Below are positions 9,464 to 19,362 of a DNA stretch of 64,000 nucleotides, one piece after another. How positions within the stretch are numbered: the first letter of the stretch is position 1; the number at the start of each line of letters is the position of its first letter. A program made the position numbers and the translations under genes. The notes beneath the pieces were generated by a model. The model searched no databases. It had not been told where the DNA came from and worked only from the letters and a program-made list of their open reading frames with translations. Where the stretch lies: the NCBI GenBank assembly GCA_963666985.2, contig CAXXIA010000002.1, positions 928,001-992,000 of the forward strand, written 5' to 3'. The DNA comes from Spirochaetia bacterium (GTDB lineage: Bacteria; Spirochaetota; Spirochaetia; DSM-2461).

Positions 9464-10366
9464 ATGAATGTACTGACGGCGCAATTCTTCAACGGTTTGG
9501 CGATAGGAAGCATCTACGTCCTTTTGGCAACGGGCTTTAATCTGCTTCTGCTTGTTGCAAGAATTATTCATTTCGCCTTTCCGGTCGCGGTGGTCTTCTC
9601 CATGTACATCTCGTGGATACTCATAACGCTTACCGGAAACGTTCTTGCGGGAATTGCCGGCGGAATCGTTTCGGCCGTTCTCATCAATATGCTCACCGCA
9701 CCGATGTTTCAGCACATCATGAACAAGCGGGAATCGGTGGACATCAACACCACCATGGTCCTCTCCATGGGACTGGGAATGATCATCACCGATATTCTCT
9801 CCCATACCTTCAACCAGGGCTTCCCCATCGCCTTCCCCGACACACTGACGGGAAACGATAAAGGAGCGCTGATATCCTCAGGTCTTATCAGCATTTCCCG
9901 AGGACAAATCCTAACACTTGCCGTAGGCGTCGTATTCGTTGTGATTCTTTTTCAGCTTCTCTACAAATCAAGAATTGGAAGAGCTTTCCGCGCCATTGCC
10001 GAAGATCCGAACGAAGCGAAACTCGTGGGAATACCCCTGCTGAAAACAGGCCTGAAGAGCTACGCGCTTACCGGGCTTCTCGGCGGAGTTACCGCCGTCC
10101 TAATGTCCGTTCTGCTCGGTTCCGCCTCCGCGGGACTGGGAGATCAGCTCGGTCATAAAGTTTTGGCCGTTTCGATTATCGCCGGTTTGGGAAACCTCAC
10201 GGGAGGACTGATCGTCGGACTGCTTCTGGGAATCCTGGAAGCGTTGATTCAGGGATATTTTGCGGGCTCCTGGTCGAACGCCATTTCCTTTGCCGTCATG
10301 CTGATTGTGATTCTCGCCAAACCCAGGGGAATCTTCGGCTTGAAACTGAGGTTTCAGGAGATCTGA
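9464..10366 (+). CDS. livH: Branched-chain amino acid ABC permease
   Basis: NGLAIGSIYVLLATGF, GRAFRAIAED, AKLVGI, KPRGIFG; hydrophobic. Confidence 0.88.
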   Translation: MNVLTAQFFNGLAIGSIYVLLATGFNLLLLVARIIHFAFPVAVVFSMYISWILITLTGNVLAGIAGGIVSAVLINMLTAPMFQHIMNKRESVDINTTMVLSMGLGMIITDILSHTFNQGFPIAFPDTLTGNDKGALISSGLISISRGQILTLAVGVVFVVILFQLLYKSRIGRAFRAIAEDPNEAKLVGIPLLKTGLKSYALTGLLGGVTAVLMSVLLGSASAGLGDQLGHKVLAVSIIAGLGNLTGGLIVGLLLGILEALIQGYFAGSWSNAISFAVMLIVILAKPRGIFGLKLRFQEI

Positions 10367-11283
10367 TGACGCTGACGTTATTTTATTACCTGGCAATAAC
10401 CGCGATTTACATTCTCATGAGCTGGTCCGTCTATCTTCCGTATCGAATCGGCCAATTGCATTTTATGACTGTGGCCAACATGGCGATTTCCGCCTATTTC
10501 TCGGCGTTAATGACAATCCATTTTTCCTGGCCTTTTCCTCTGGTTCTCCTTGCCGGAACACTGCTTGGAGCTCTCACCGGATTCGCCGTTTCCACCGCCG
10601 TCGGCGACGCTCCCTGCTTTGCCGTGGTTATCGTCGGTTTTACCTTCATTTATCTGACGAAAACCGTCATTGAAAATGTCGAAATTTTCGGAGGGCCCCT
10701 TGGAATTTTCAATATTCCGAAAATCATCAATTCCTCTTCGGGCAACAGAATTCTATTGATAATAATTGTTTATTTTTTCGTTTTCCTGACGGGATTTTTC
10801 ATCAATCGTTTTGACCGTTCCAAGCTGGGAAGAGCCGCCTCAACGATTTTTGTCGACCGAAATATCGCCGTTTCCTTCGGCGTTAATCCCAAGAAAATCG
10901 GAATGTTTTTACAGACCTGGTCCAGCGCGATCGGCGGTATGTCGGGTGTGCTCTACGCGTTTATAATGCGCGGGATTTCCCCAAATCATTTCACGTTCAA
11001 TTTCATCGGCATCTGCATGACAATACTCTTCGTCGGAGGATATTCCACCATGTGGGGAACCTTATTGGCCGCGCCGATTCTCTGGGGATTTCCGCTTATT
11101 CTTCCGGAAAGCCTGCAGGCCTGGAACATCGTAATCTACGGCATACTGCTCGTTATCATTCTTTTACTCAAACCCGAAGGCATCATTACCCGAGTCATGG
11201 TACAACGAGTGGAAAACATACGGCTTTTCAGCGGAAAAAAAGTGACGCCCAAAAGCCCGTCGAATAAAAAAGCAGCTCAATAA
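10366..11283 (+). CDS. livM: Branched-chain amino acid ABC permease
   Basis: Hydrophobic; SKLGRA, FVGG...GTLL, KPEGI; coupled to livH. Confidence 0.85.
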   Translation: MTLTLFYYLAITAIYILMSWSVYLPYRIGQLHFMTVANMAISAYFSALMTIHFSWPFPLVLLAGTLLGALTGFAVSTAVGDAPCFAVVIVGFTFIYLTKTVIENVEIFGGPLGIFNIPKIINSSSGNRILLIIIVYFFVFLTGFFINRFDRSKLGRAASTIFVDRNIAVSFGVNPKKIGMFLQTWSSAIGGMSGVLYAFIMRGISPNHFTFNFIGICMTILFVGGYSTMWGTLLAAPILWGFPLILPESLQAWNIVIYGILLVIILLLKPEGIITRVMVQRVENIRLFSGKKVTPKSPSNKKAAQ

Positions 11284-11293
11284 GGAGAACGAT

Positions 11294-12526
11294 ATGAAAA
11301 AAATCATACACCTGCTCTTCATCTCGTCTTTAATATTATTAACCGTCTCATGCGGCGGTAAAAACGGGAAGAACGAGACCAAAGGAACCGAATCGGCCGA
11401 TCGTGCGGCAGCGGAAGCCGTCGAAACGGCGGAGGTAGTCGTTACGGAATGGAATATTCCATTCCTGAACTGTCTGACGGGGCCCATCGCCGGTATCGGA
11501 GAATATCTGCAATGGGGAGCCGAATATGCGGCCGAGCAAATTAACGCCGAAGGAGGCATTGCCGGCAAACCGGTCAGAATCGAACGAATCGATACGGGAA
11601 TGAGCCCCGAGAAGGGAACCGTGGCCATGTCCAAACTCGTCGAAGACGCCCTGGTTGTCATGGGACCCGTTCCCGAACCGGTCATCATGGCCGCCGTTCC
11701 CATCGCCGCGGAAGAAGGACTGTACTGCTTCACGGCGACAACCTCTTATGAATACGCCGCCGAATATTTTCCTTGGGCCATCTCCTTCTTTCCGCCGACG
11801 GAAGAAAAACTGCAGATCGCCGTTAAAGCCTGGGCGGAAAAAGCCGGCGCCGGGAAAGCCGTCCAATTCGTGGAAAACTACGGCGCCTGGCCGGGCATGG
11901 CCAAGGCTCACGCCCTGGGACTGGAAGCAGCCGGCGCTCAGGTTCTCGAAAACGTGGAAGTGCCGACCGACGCGGTTACATTCGGTCCCCTGGCGGTCAA
12001 AGCACTGGCCCGGAATCCCGATACAATCATCTTCGCCTGCAACGCCGAGAAAGTCGCCAAGATTATCATCGAACTTAAAAACCGCGGCTGGAAGGATATG
12101 AACAAGATCCTTATTTTCTCCTCGGCCGACGACGCGGCTCTGTATACCACCGGCGGCGAAAGCCTGAACGGCGCCATCATCTACAACTTCAGCAACTCCA
12201 ATCTGGATACGCCGCGCTGGAATGAATTCAGCCGCGCCTTCAAAGAAGACCATGAAGGAATGGAGCCCTTCTCCCTGTCTCCCAACTATTACGACGCGGT
12301 ATACATGATCAAACGGGCCATCGAGGAAACCGGCGTTACCGGAGACCCGAACAAGCTGGCCGAAGAGAGGGAAAAGATTATGAAGTACTGCAACGATATT
12401 GAGAAATTCGACGGACTCCAGTTTACATGGACCAACCGCGGAGGCTTCCCCGCCGATAAACCGCTCTTCCTGTTCGAAATTCAGAACGGCAAAAAAATCC
12501 TGGTGGATAAAATTATCCCCGAGTAA
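11294..12526 (+). CDS. Liv-type ABC substrate-binding lipoprotein
   Basis: Lipobox LTVSC; LTGPIAGIG...INAEGGIAGKPV; YYDAVY. Confidence 0.88.
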   Translation: MKKIIHLLFISSLILLTVSCGGKNGKNETKGTESADRAAAEAVETAEVVVTEWNIPFLNCLTGPIAGIGEYLQWGAEYAAEQINAEGGIAGKPVRIERIDTGMSPEKGTVAMSKLVEDALVVMGPVPEPVIMAAVPIAAEEGLYCFTATTSYEYAAEYFPWAISFFPPTEEKLQIAVKAWAEKAGAGKAVQFVENYGAWPGMAKAHALGLEAAGAQVLENVEVPTDAVTFGPLAVKALARNPDTIIFACNAEKVAKIIIELKNRGWKDMNKILIFSSADDAALYTTGGESLNGAIIYNFSNSNLDTPRWNEFSRAFKEDHEGMEPFSLSPNYYDAVYMIKRAIEETGVTGDPNKLAEEREKIMKYCNDIEKFDGLQFTWTNRGGFPADKPLFLFEIQNGKKILVDKIIPE

Positions 12527-12738
12527 TTTTCAGTTAAGCGACCCCCGCTGCGAGCGCCTCTCGCCGCGGGGGAATCGAAGAAATCCGCGGCATCCAACAC
12601 CGCGATTTTTCTCAGCCGGCCGAATCGCCGTACCGAAGATGGAAGAGTCCGACACTCTTCGGACGAAATCCCCGAATCCTTCCGATCCTTAAACAAACAT
12701 GCGGAAACCGGAGATTATCATAATCCCGCACTCTGATT

Positions 12739-14883
12739 TCAGGCGGATTCCATCGCCAGCGCCAGCAGCGCCGCCCTCTCCAATAGGCTGTGCTTGAGTA
12801 TGAATTCCTCGCCGCGGATCGGTCTGTCTCCCACCGGCCCCAATCCGTCAAGGCGGGGCACACCGTCGGGCACGAAACCGATATCGGCGGCCGACCACCG
12901 GTGTTCTTCCCGCAGCCTGATATCGAGACTGTCGGCCAAAGTCTTCAGCCGCCCGTAGAGTTCCAGAACCGCTTCGTCCTTGTGCATCGGCGGCCTTTCA
13001 TAACCGGCTTCGAATCGAACGTCCAGATAGGAACGAAGAGTTTTCGGCAGTGCCGCCTTGAGTTGTTTCTCCAAATCTTCAATGTGAAGGCGACTGTTGG
13101 AGCAAATACCGATTTCCATAAAACCGGAAGCCCATGGGCCGGTCGGTTCCGTCTTTAGAGATACGCTGCGCGGCGTAATCATCAGTCCTTCCTCGGGTCG
13201 GCTGAGTTTCCAGCAGGCATCCAGCAGTCCGGCAATCCCCCGCCCCGCCTGCAGCACGCCGGAAGCATCCGGATGATTTTCCTTCAGACGAAGATGCACA
13301 GACCGATGTGCCGTCCCGGAACGGGAAGAAACCACTCCGCCGTCGGGGAATGCTCCGTGAAGTCCGAAAACCGTCCGGGCACTCCGAGCATACGGAGCCA
13401 CAGCCGTATTCGAGGTGATTCCTCTCGGATCGTTATGCCCCGTAAGCAAGAGCCCGATGTTCTTACCTTTCAATCGGCGCATTCCTCTGAGAACCTTCAA
13501 TGCCCCGACCGCGACAATCAAACCGCCTTTATGCACCCATGTTCCGCTGCCGTAGAAACGGCCGGAAGTTTCCCGGAACGGAGAGGACTCATCGGAACTC
13601 ATCTCCATATCAAGCCGGCCGAGAAGGAGAATCTCGGGTTCGTCGGAACCGATCTTGAAAATCACGGGGAATACAGATCCGTAACCGGCGGGATACTCTT
13701 CTCGAAAACCCAGGGGTTTTAGGTGGCGGCGAATTTCCTCAAGAACGGCTTGAGCTCCCTCCGTATCTCCGGCCGGAGCCCGGATATGCCCCAAACGCCG
13801 CAGATCGCCTTCCAGTTCATCCTGCCTTGATCGAAGCCAGGCGCGAACCTTTACAGGAAAGGGCAGTCCGGCGGCGGCCGTCCGCGGTTCCGAGGGAATA
13901 AAATCTTCGGAAAAACTTCGTAAAGAAGCGACTTCCAGCATTTTATTCACCAAACTTTGAAAATTGTATCCGGCGACGGCCGCCGCGGTTACATACGAAC
14001 CGTAAACATTAAGACTCGCCATGGAATTAATCTCCAGAATCCAGAGATTTCCATCTCGGTCCATACGAAAATCCACCCTGCTGAAATCACGCAGTCCGAG
14101 AGCGAAAAAGGCACGTGCGGCCAAATCTTTCATTCTTTCGGCGATGCCACCGCCGATTTCGGCGGGACAAATTTTTCCCCTCGGCTTGTACTTCTTGTCT
14201 TCTTCCGATTGAATCGCTTCGGGATCTCCCTCAAGATCTATCTCCAGAACGGGAAAAACTTCCGGATTATGATTGCCCAGAAGCCCGGCGCAGAACTCAC
14301 GCCCGGGAATAAAAACCTCCGCCAAGGCATCCTGACCGAACTCGGAAACAATAAAATCGACACCTTCGCGCAGTTCAATTTCGTTATGACAAATCTTCAG
14401 ACCGAAAGAAACCGATTCCATCCGCGGTTTCACAATCACCGGATAATGAATGTCGTCCGGAATTGCCGAAGACGAAGGGAAAACCCACCATTCCGGTGTC
14501 GGAAGAAGAGCCTTCTGAAGGAGAATTTTCGTTGTAATTTTATCCAGAGCCAAGGCATGTCCGGCGGGCGTGGAACCGACATAAGGAATGCCCAGCATTT
14601 CCAGCAAAGACGGAATATGCGTGTAGCGGTTCTCGCCCTGGATGCCGTAGGCCATGTTGAAGACCATGCCCATGCGCTCGCCTTCCAGCGTTCTGGGCAT
14701 GAAATGCTGCAGCTCTTCGATGACATTGATATTCCCATCGATTACACGGACATTATGGCCTCCGGCAATCAGGGCGTCTTCAACCATCCGTACGGTTTGA
14801 GGATTATAGATTTCCCGGTTGCGGCGTCCGTATGCATTAATAACGCCTTCCATGTCCCGGTTATAGATGAGAGCGGTTTTCAC
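12739..14883 (-). CDS. D-Ala-D-Ala ligase-like ATP-grasp domain fused to an M20 peptidase-like domain
   Basis: N-terminal VFNMAYG, LEMLGIPYVGS, ALDK, VIVKP, GREF, SRVDFR, LEINS. C-terminal M20-like region: FYGSG..KGG, RSG, RPPM, DGLGPVG, SLLERAALLA. Confidence 0.85.
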   Translation of the reverse strand: MKTALIYNRDMEGVINAYGRRNREIYNPQTVRMVEDALIAGGHNVRVIDGNINVIEELQHFMPRTLEGERMGMVFNMAYGIQGENRYTHIPSLLEMLGIPYVGSTPAGHALALDKITTKILLQKALLPTPEWWVFPSSSAIPDDIHYPVIVKPRMESVSFGLKICHNEIELREGVDFIVSEFGQDALAEVFIPGREFCAGLLGNHNPEVFPVLEIDLEGDPEAIQSEEDKKYKPRGKICPAEIGGGIAERMKDLAARAFFALGLRDFSRVDFRMDRDGNLWILEINSMASLNVYGSYVTAAAVAGYNFQSLVNKMLEVASLRSFSEDFIPSEPRTAAAGLPFPVKVRAWLRSRQDELEGDLRRLGHIRAPAGDTEGAQAVLEEIRRHLKPLGFREEYPAGYGSVFPVIFKIGSDEPEILLLGRLDMEMSSDESSPFRETSGRFYGSGTWVHKGGLIVAVGALKVLRGMRRLKGKNIGLLLTGHNDPRGITSNTAVAPYARSARTVFGLHGAFPDGGVVSSRSGTAHRSVHLRLKENHPDASGVLQAGRGIAGLLDACWKLSRPEEGLMITPRSVSLKTEPTGPWASGFMEIGICSNSRLHIEDLEKQLKAALPKTLRSYLDVRFEAGYERPPMHKDEAVLELYGRLKTLADSLDIRLREEHRWSAADIGFVPDGVPRLDGLGPVGDRPIRGEEFILKHSLLERAALLALAMESA

Positions 14884-14908
14884 GTCCGGCTCTTACCGCC
14901 GCGGGGAT

Positions 14909-15112
14909 TCAGCGAAGAAAACCTTCTTCCAAGGCCAAATCATATTCATCCGGATAATCTTCCAGATCATCAACATCGATATTATAGATTTCGTAATATT
15001 CATAATCAGGATCGTCTTGAAAACGATCCAACTCACGCTCGGCATCTTTCCTGCTGTCGAATACAGAGAAAACCTTTACACCGTCGGTCACGAACCACAA
15101 CTGAGACTGCAT
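14909..15112 (-). CDS. Small very acidic hypothetical protein (67 aa)
   Basis: Strong GGAGG RBS 7 nt before the ATG; D/E/Y-rich; 25 bp upstream of the ATP-grasp gene. Confidence 0.75.
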   Translation of the reverse strand: MQSQLWFVTDGVKVFSVFDSRKDAERELDRFQDDPDYEYYEIYNIDVDDLEDYPDEYDLALEEGFLR

Positions 15113-15451
15113 GGCAAACCTCCATGGGAAGAGATCAGTGAACGGATATTAAGCGAGAAGATCAGCAAACAACGGATTTCCTGCATTCCGGCTTCCAACT
15201 CACTACTTATACCCCGCACCATTCCTCAAACAGGGAATCATCCCTTCCAGGAAACAAAAAAGATATAAGCAGACATTGTTAGCCTTAAGGGTCCTTTGTC
15301 TGCCGCGTTATTGTTTTGATACAGTGGAAAGTTCAGCCTCGTCAAGAGAGAGTTTAAGTATGACCAATCTGTAATCATCCTGAAAGGAAACGGCAAGTTC
15401 CGATGAGTAGCTTTAAGAGGAATAATGCGAATGTTATCGGAGGTTCCAAAG

Positions 15452-16975
15452 ATGAAACTTATACAGAATAAATTGATTCGAACCATTGTTTTGGTTCTCG
15501 CGGTCGGCGTGCTTTCCGTTGGAGGCGGATTCCTGGGAAGCAGGCTCGCAAGTCCGTCTTCACCACAGGGCTCATCGGAACTGGTTATGCATGATTCCGC
15601 CGGTGTTCAAAAAGCCCCTTCAAGAGGAACAGGCGGCACAATCGAAGGTGATGCGGTCTCATCGGCATTCCAGGAACGCTTCCGTTCCGTGGCATCTTCC
15701 ACTCTTCCGGTGGTGGTTGAACTTAACGTAATGAATACCGTTACTCAGCCGGTCGCCATCTCCCCTTTTGATTTCTTTTTCGGTACGCCCAACGGCAGGC
15801 AGCCTCGGGAAAGGGAATACACCCAGAGAGGACTCGGCTCCGGCGTTATCGTCGCCCGCAGCGGAGATACCCTCTATGTGCTTACCAACAACCATGTGGC
15901 CGGCGATGCGGATGAAATAGAAGTTGTTTTGGATGACGAGAGAGTCTATGAAGGCTCCCTGGTGGGAAGCGACGAGCTGATGGACCTGGCTCTGGTTTCT
16001 TTCCGTACGGCCGATGATATCCCCGTGGCGAGCTTGGGTGATTCGGATGCCCTGGAAGTGGGCGACTGGGTTTTCGCGGTGGGAAATCCCCTCGGATTCC
16101 AATCCTCCGTTACCGCCGGTATCGTCAGCGCCAAATACCGCAACGCCCAGCCGGGCTCCGGAACCTCGGGCGTTACCTCCTACATCCAGACCGACGCGGC
16201 GATTAATCAGGGGAATTCCGGCGGCGCCCTTGTCGATATGAACGGGAATGTCGTCGGCATCAACACGTGGATCGCCTCACAGAACGGCGGGAGTATCGGC
16301 TTGGGTTTCGCCATTCCCATCAACGCCGCCAAAAAGGCGATATCCGATTTCATTGAAAGCGGTTCGGTTTCCTACTCCTGGCTGGGAGTACAAACCGGTG
16401 ATCCGAGCGGCGAACTTTCCGCCGATTTGGGAATCGAAGGAGTAAAAGGAGCTTTTGTATACGGAGTCTATGCCGATTCCCCGGCGGGGAAATCGGGTCT
16501 TCTGCCCGGCGATCTGATCGTCTCAATCGACGGGAAGGACATCCCGGACGGAAATGCGCTTGTTCGCACCGTAGCGGCCCTTGATCCGGGGAAACCGGCG
16601 GTTTTCCAACTCCGGCGCGGCGGCGATTTTACGGAAGTAACCGTGCGGACCGAACGCCGCGGCGAAAACAGCGGCAGCGATGCCTCGAAACTGTGGCCGG
16701 GCATCTCCGTAGTTCCTCTTACGGACGATCTTAAGAAACAGCTTTCCCTGGACAGATCCGATCAGGGCGTCGTTGTGGCGGGAATCAATACCGAGAGCGT
16801 CGCCGGAGGCGGCGGACTGCAGCAGGGCGATCTGGTAACGGAGGTAAACGGAACAGCGGTCCGCTCGGCCAAGGACTTTTACAGCGGAATAGGCCGCGAC
16901 GGCGAGGATGTTACCTTCCGCGTAAAGAGAGCCGGAAAATCGCTGATCTTCGGTTTCGAAAAACCCTCTCCGTAA
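15452..16975 (+). CDS. degP: DegP/HtrA (Do family) serine endoprotease with two PDZ domains
   Basis: GLGSGV, TNNHV (His), DLAL (Asp), QTDAAINQGNSGG (Ser), two PDZ domains and an N-terminal TM. Start at ATG 15452 after GGAGG. Confidence 0.93.
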   Translation: MKLIQNKLIRTIVLVLAVGVLSVGGGFLGSRLASPSSPQGSSELVMHDSAGVQKAPSRGTGGTIEGDAVSSAFQERFRSVASSTLPVVVELNVMNTVTQPVAISPFDFFFGTPNGRQPREREYTQRGLGSGVIVARSGDTLYVLTNNHVAGDADEIEVVLDDERVYEGSLVGSDELMDLALVSFRTADDIPVASLGDSDALEVGDWVFAVGNPLGFQSSVTAGIVSAKYRNAQPGSGTSGVTSYIQTDAAINQGNSGGALVDMNGNVVGINTWIASQNGGSIGLGFAIPINAAKKAISDFIESGSVSYSWLGVQTGDPSGELSADLGIEGVKGAFVYGVYADSPAGKSGLLPGDLIVSIDGKDIPDGNALVRTVAALDPGKPAVFQLRRGGDFTEVTVRTERRGENSGSDASKLWPGISVVPLTDDLKKQLSLDRSDQGVVVAGINTESVAGGGGLQQGDLVTEVNGTAVRSAKDFYSGIGRDGEDVTFRVKRAGKSLIFGFEKPSP

Positions 16976-17027
16976 GATTCCCCGGAGCACCGCGCTCCCT
17001 TGGATAATAAGGGTTAATTCACTAAAA

Positions 17028-17075
17028 ATCCCGCTTGAGCGGCCATACCGCGCGAGCGGGATCATTTTTTATTTC
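17028..17075 (+). terminator. Rho-independent terminator after degP
   Basis: ATCCCGCT...AGCGGGAT stem followed by CATTTTTTATTT. Confidence 0.65.
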
Positions 17076-17091
17076 CCATCCCCTAAACCTT

Positions 17092-17108
17092 CATTTTACT
17101 GTAAAATG
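17092..17108. promoter_or_regulatory. Palindromic operator-like site upstream of the acyl-CoA synthetase
   Basis: CATTTTAC-T-GTAAAATG, a perfect 8-bp inverted repeat ~50 bp before the start. Confidence 0.45.
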
Positions 17109-17160
17109 TAAAAATAAAACCGCATGAGGCTCTCTTAGAAGACCCCAAAGGGGACTAATC

Positions 17161-18870
17161 ATGATTCAAAACTACTTTGCTTCCCGACAAGACAATACCG
17201 ATCCGCATTTACGGGCGATGCTTGAGAGGGTGAAAAATCAATATCCGGAAAATACGGCGCTTCAACACAGAATCGATGAAAATAAATACCAAAAGCGGAC
17301 CTATCGGGAACTCTATAACAGCGTTCAAAGCCTCGCTCACTGGCTGCTTTCTCGGGGGCTGCAAAAAGGCGAGCGGGTAGGACTGCTTTGCGAAAACCGT
17401 TCGGAATGGTGCATCGCCTACCTGGGAGTCACCATCGCCGGTATCGTTATCGTTCCGCTGGACATTCTCCAATCCCCGGAACATGTCGCAAAATTGGTGG
17501 AATTCGCCGAACTCAAAGCGTTTATCTCTTCGAATGAAATGAAACCGAAATGGTCCGAACTCATGGGGAAAAGCTTCTTCCCGGAGATCCTCATCAACGT
17601 CGATATTCCTCAAGATGACGGCGGAATAGTGTCCTTTGCTGAAATCATCCGCTCCGATTGCGGCGCCGAGCTGCCTCCGCTTGAGGAAAATGATACCGCT
17701 TCCATCATCTTCACTTCAGGAACCACGGGAACACCCAAAGGAGTCATGCTCTCTCACCGCGGAATCCTGGCGAACTTCAACGCTTCGGTTATGTCCCTGC
17801 CCATCGATGAAAACGACAACTTCATCGCGGTTCTCCCCTTCCACCATACCTACCCCACAACCTGCAGCTTTATTTCACCCGTCTGTGTAGGCGGAATTGT
17901 CACCATCGTCGATAAAATCGTCGGACCGGTCATCATCTCCAATATCCGGGAAACGGGCGGAACCCACGTTATCGGCGTTCCCCTGCTCTTCGATAAAATC
18001 CGCCGCGGTTTGGAATCCAATCTGAAAAAAATCAAAGGCTTCAAGGGACTTCTCATCAAGGTGCTCTTCGGCCTTTCGCGATTCTTCGGGAAACTGGGCT
18101 GGAAGGCCGGCCGGATTCTGATGAAAAGCGTCCGCGAAGGCGCCGGCCTGGGGAGCATCCGGCTTCTTGTAGCCGGAGGAGGCCCGTTAAATCCTTCAAC
18201 CGGACGCTACTTCGACACCTTGGGATTCGATATCGTTCAGGGCTACGGAATGAGCGAAAACGGCCCTCTTATCGCCACCAACACGCCCAAATACAACAAC
18301 TTCGACTCGGTCGGCCTCACGGTCAAAGACACCGATATCCGCATTCTGAACGCGGATGCGCAGGGAATCGGCGAAATCATCGTCAAATCCCCGTCTCTGA
18401 TGAAGGGCTACTTCAAGAATCCCGAAGCAACGGCCGCCATGTTCACCGAAGACGGCTATCTGAAAACCGGCGATCTGGGCTTTTTCGATAAGAAAGGCTT
18501 TTTGTATATCAACGGGCGAAGCAAGAATCTCATCGTTTCCCCGGGCGGGAAAAATATCTTCCCCGAGGAAATCGAAGCATACTTCAGCGAGATTCCCATC
18601 ATCGCGGAGATTCTGATCCGAGGACGAAAAATCGACAGCAAGAATGCCGGCGAGGAAGTGGAAGCCGTCTGCTTCCCTGATTTCGAAGCGCTGGAAGAAC
18701 TCCATCCGCACCGTCAATGGGACAAAGACTCCCTTCAGCCCCTCATCCAGCAGGAAATCGATGCCGTCAACCGAAAGCTGGAACCCTATAAAAGGATTCG
18801 CTACCTCTCGATTCGCCTGGAGGACTTCGAAAAAACCTCCTCGCAGAAAATTAAGCGTTTCCTTTATTAA
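17161..18870 (+). CDS. fadD: Long-chain fatty acid-CoA ligase (AMP-binding)
   Basis: IFTSGTTGTPKGV, LPFHH, QGYGMSE, LKTGDLG, GRSKNLIV, GKNIFPEEIE, KIKR. Confidence 0.9.
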   Translation: MIQNYFASRQDNTDPHLRAMLERVKNQYPENTALQHRIDENKYQKRTYRELYNSVQSLAHWLLSRGLQKGERVGLLCENRSEWCIAYLGVTIAGIVIVPLDILQSPEHVAKLVEFAELKAFISSNEMKPKWSELMGKSFFPEILINVDIPQDDGGIVSFAEIIRSDCGAELPPLEENDTASIIFTSGTTGTPKGVMLSHRGILANFNASVMSLPIDENDNFIAVLPFHHTYPTTCSFISPVCVGGIVTIVDKIVGPVIISNIRETGGTHVIGVPLLFDKIRRGLESNLKKIKGFKGLLIKVLFGLSRFFGKLGWKAGRILMKSVREGAGLGSIRLLVAGGGPLNPSTGRYFDTLGFDIVQGYGMSENGPLIATNTPKYNNFDSVGLTVKDTDIRILNADAQGIGEIIVKSPSLMKGYFKNPEATAAMFTEDGYLKTGDLGFFDKKGFLYINGRSKNLIVSPGGKNIFPEEIEAYFSEIPIIAEILIRGRKIDSKNAGEEVEAVCFPDFEALEELHPHRQWDKDSLQPLIQQEIDAVNRKLEPYKRIRYLSIRLEDFEKTSSQKIKRFLY

Positions 18871-19360
18871 TCCCCGAGGCCGCCTCTTCCCATGCCTCTT
18901 CCAGTTCGCGGATTAAGGCAGCCCTTTGCTCCAGAAGGTCCAAAAGCTTCTCGATTCCACCCGCCTCTTTTTCGGAGAAACCGGAAAGACCTTCGAGAAG
19001 CGGACGTTCCACCGTTTCATGAAAAGCCATATGGGCCTCGAATGCCGAACGTCCTTCCCCGCTGATGCGCAGCAGCACCTCTTTTTGGTTGTCCGGCATT
19101 CTGTAACGCTCGACAAGCCCTTTCCGTTCCAGTTTTTTCACCGCCTGGGAAACGGCGCTTTTCGTAATTCCGTGTACGAGCGCCAATTCGGTAATATTGA
19201 TGCCTTCCCGGCGGCCGATGGTGTCGATAAGATGAATTTCAAGGCGGTGATAAAAGGTTTCCGTACCGTATCGCTTCGGAGCGGTTGATTCCTGAACAAT
19301 GGATTCCATACTCCAAAGAAGCCGCTCCGTCAGTTGAAAAGCTTTATCACGACCAATCAT
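18851..19360 (-). CDS. MarR family transcriptional regulator
   Basis: EIHLIDTI...ITELA...ITKSAVSQAVKKLERKGLV...DNQKEV winged HTH. Confidence 0.9.
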   Translation of the reverse strand: MIGRDKAFQLTERLLWSMESIVQESTAPKRYGTETFYHRLEIHLIDTIGRREGINITELALVHGITKSAVSQAVKKLERKGLVERYRMPDNQKEVLLRISGEGRSAFEAHMAFHETVERPLLEGLSGFSEKEAGGIEKLLDLLEQRAALIRELEEAWEEAASGINKGNA

Positions 19361-19362
19361 TC

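Noticed and set aside
13957..15141. 394-aa plus-strand ORF and similar long antisense ORFs (9026-9805, 11348-12253, 28716-29576, 40175-41065, 43178-44017)
   Set aside because: They lie largely opposite well-supported genes and carry no recognisable motifs.
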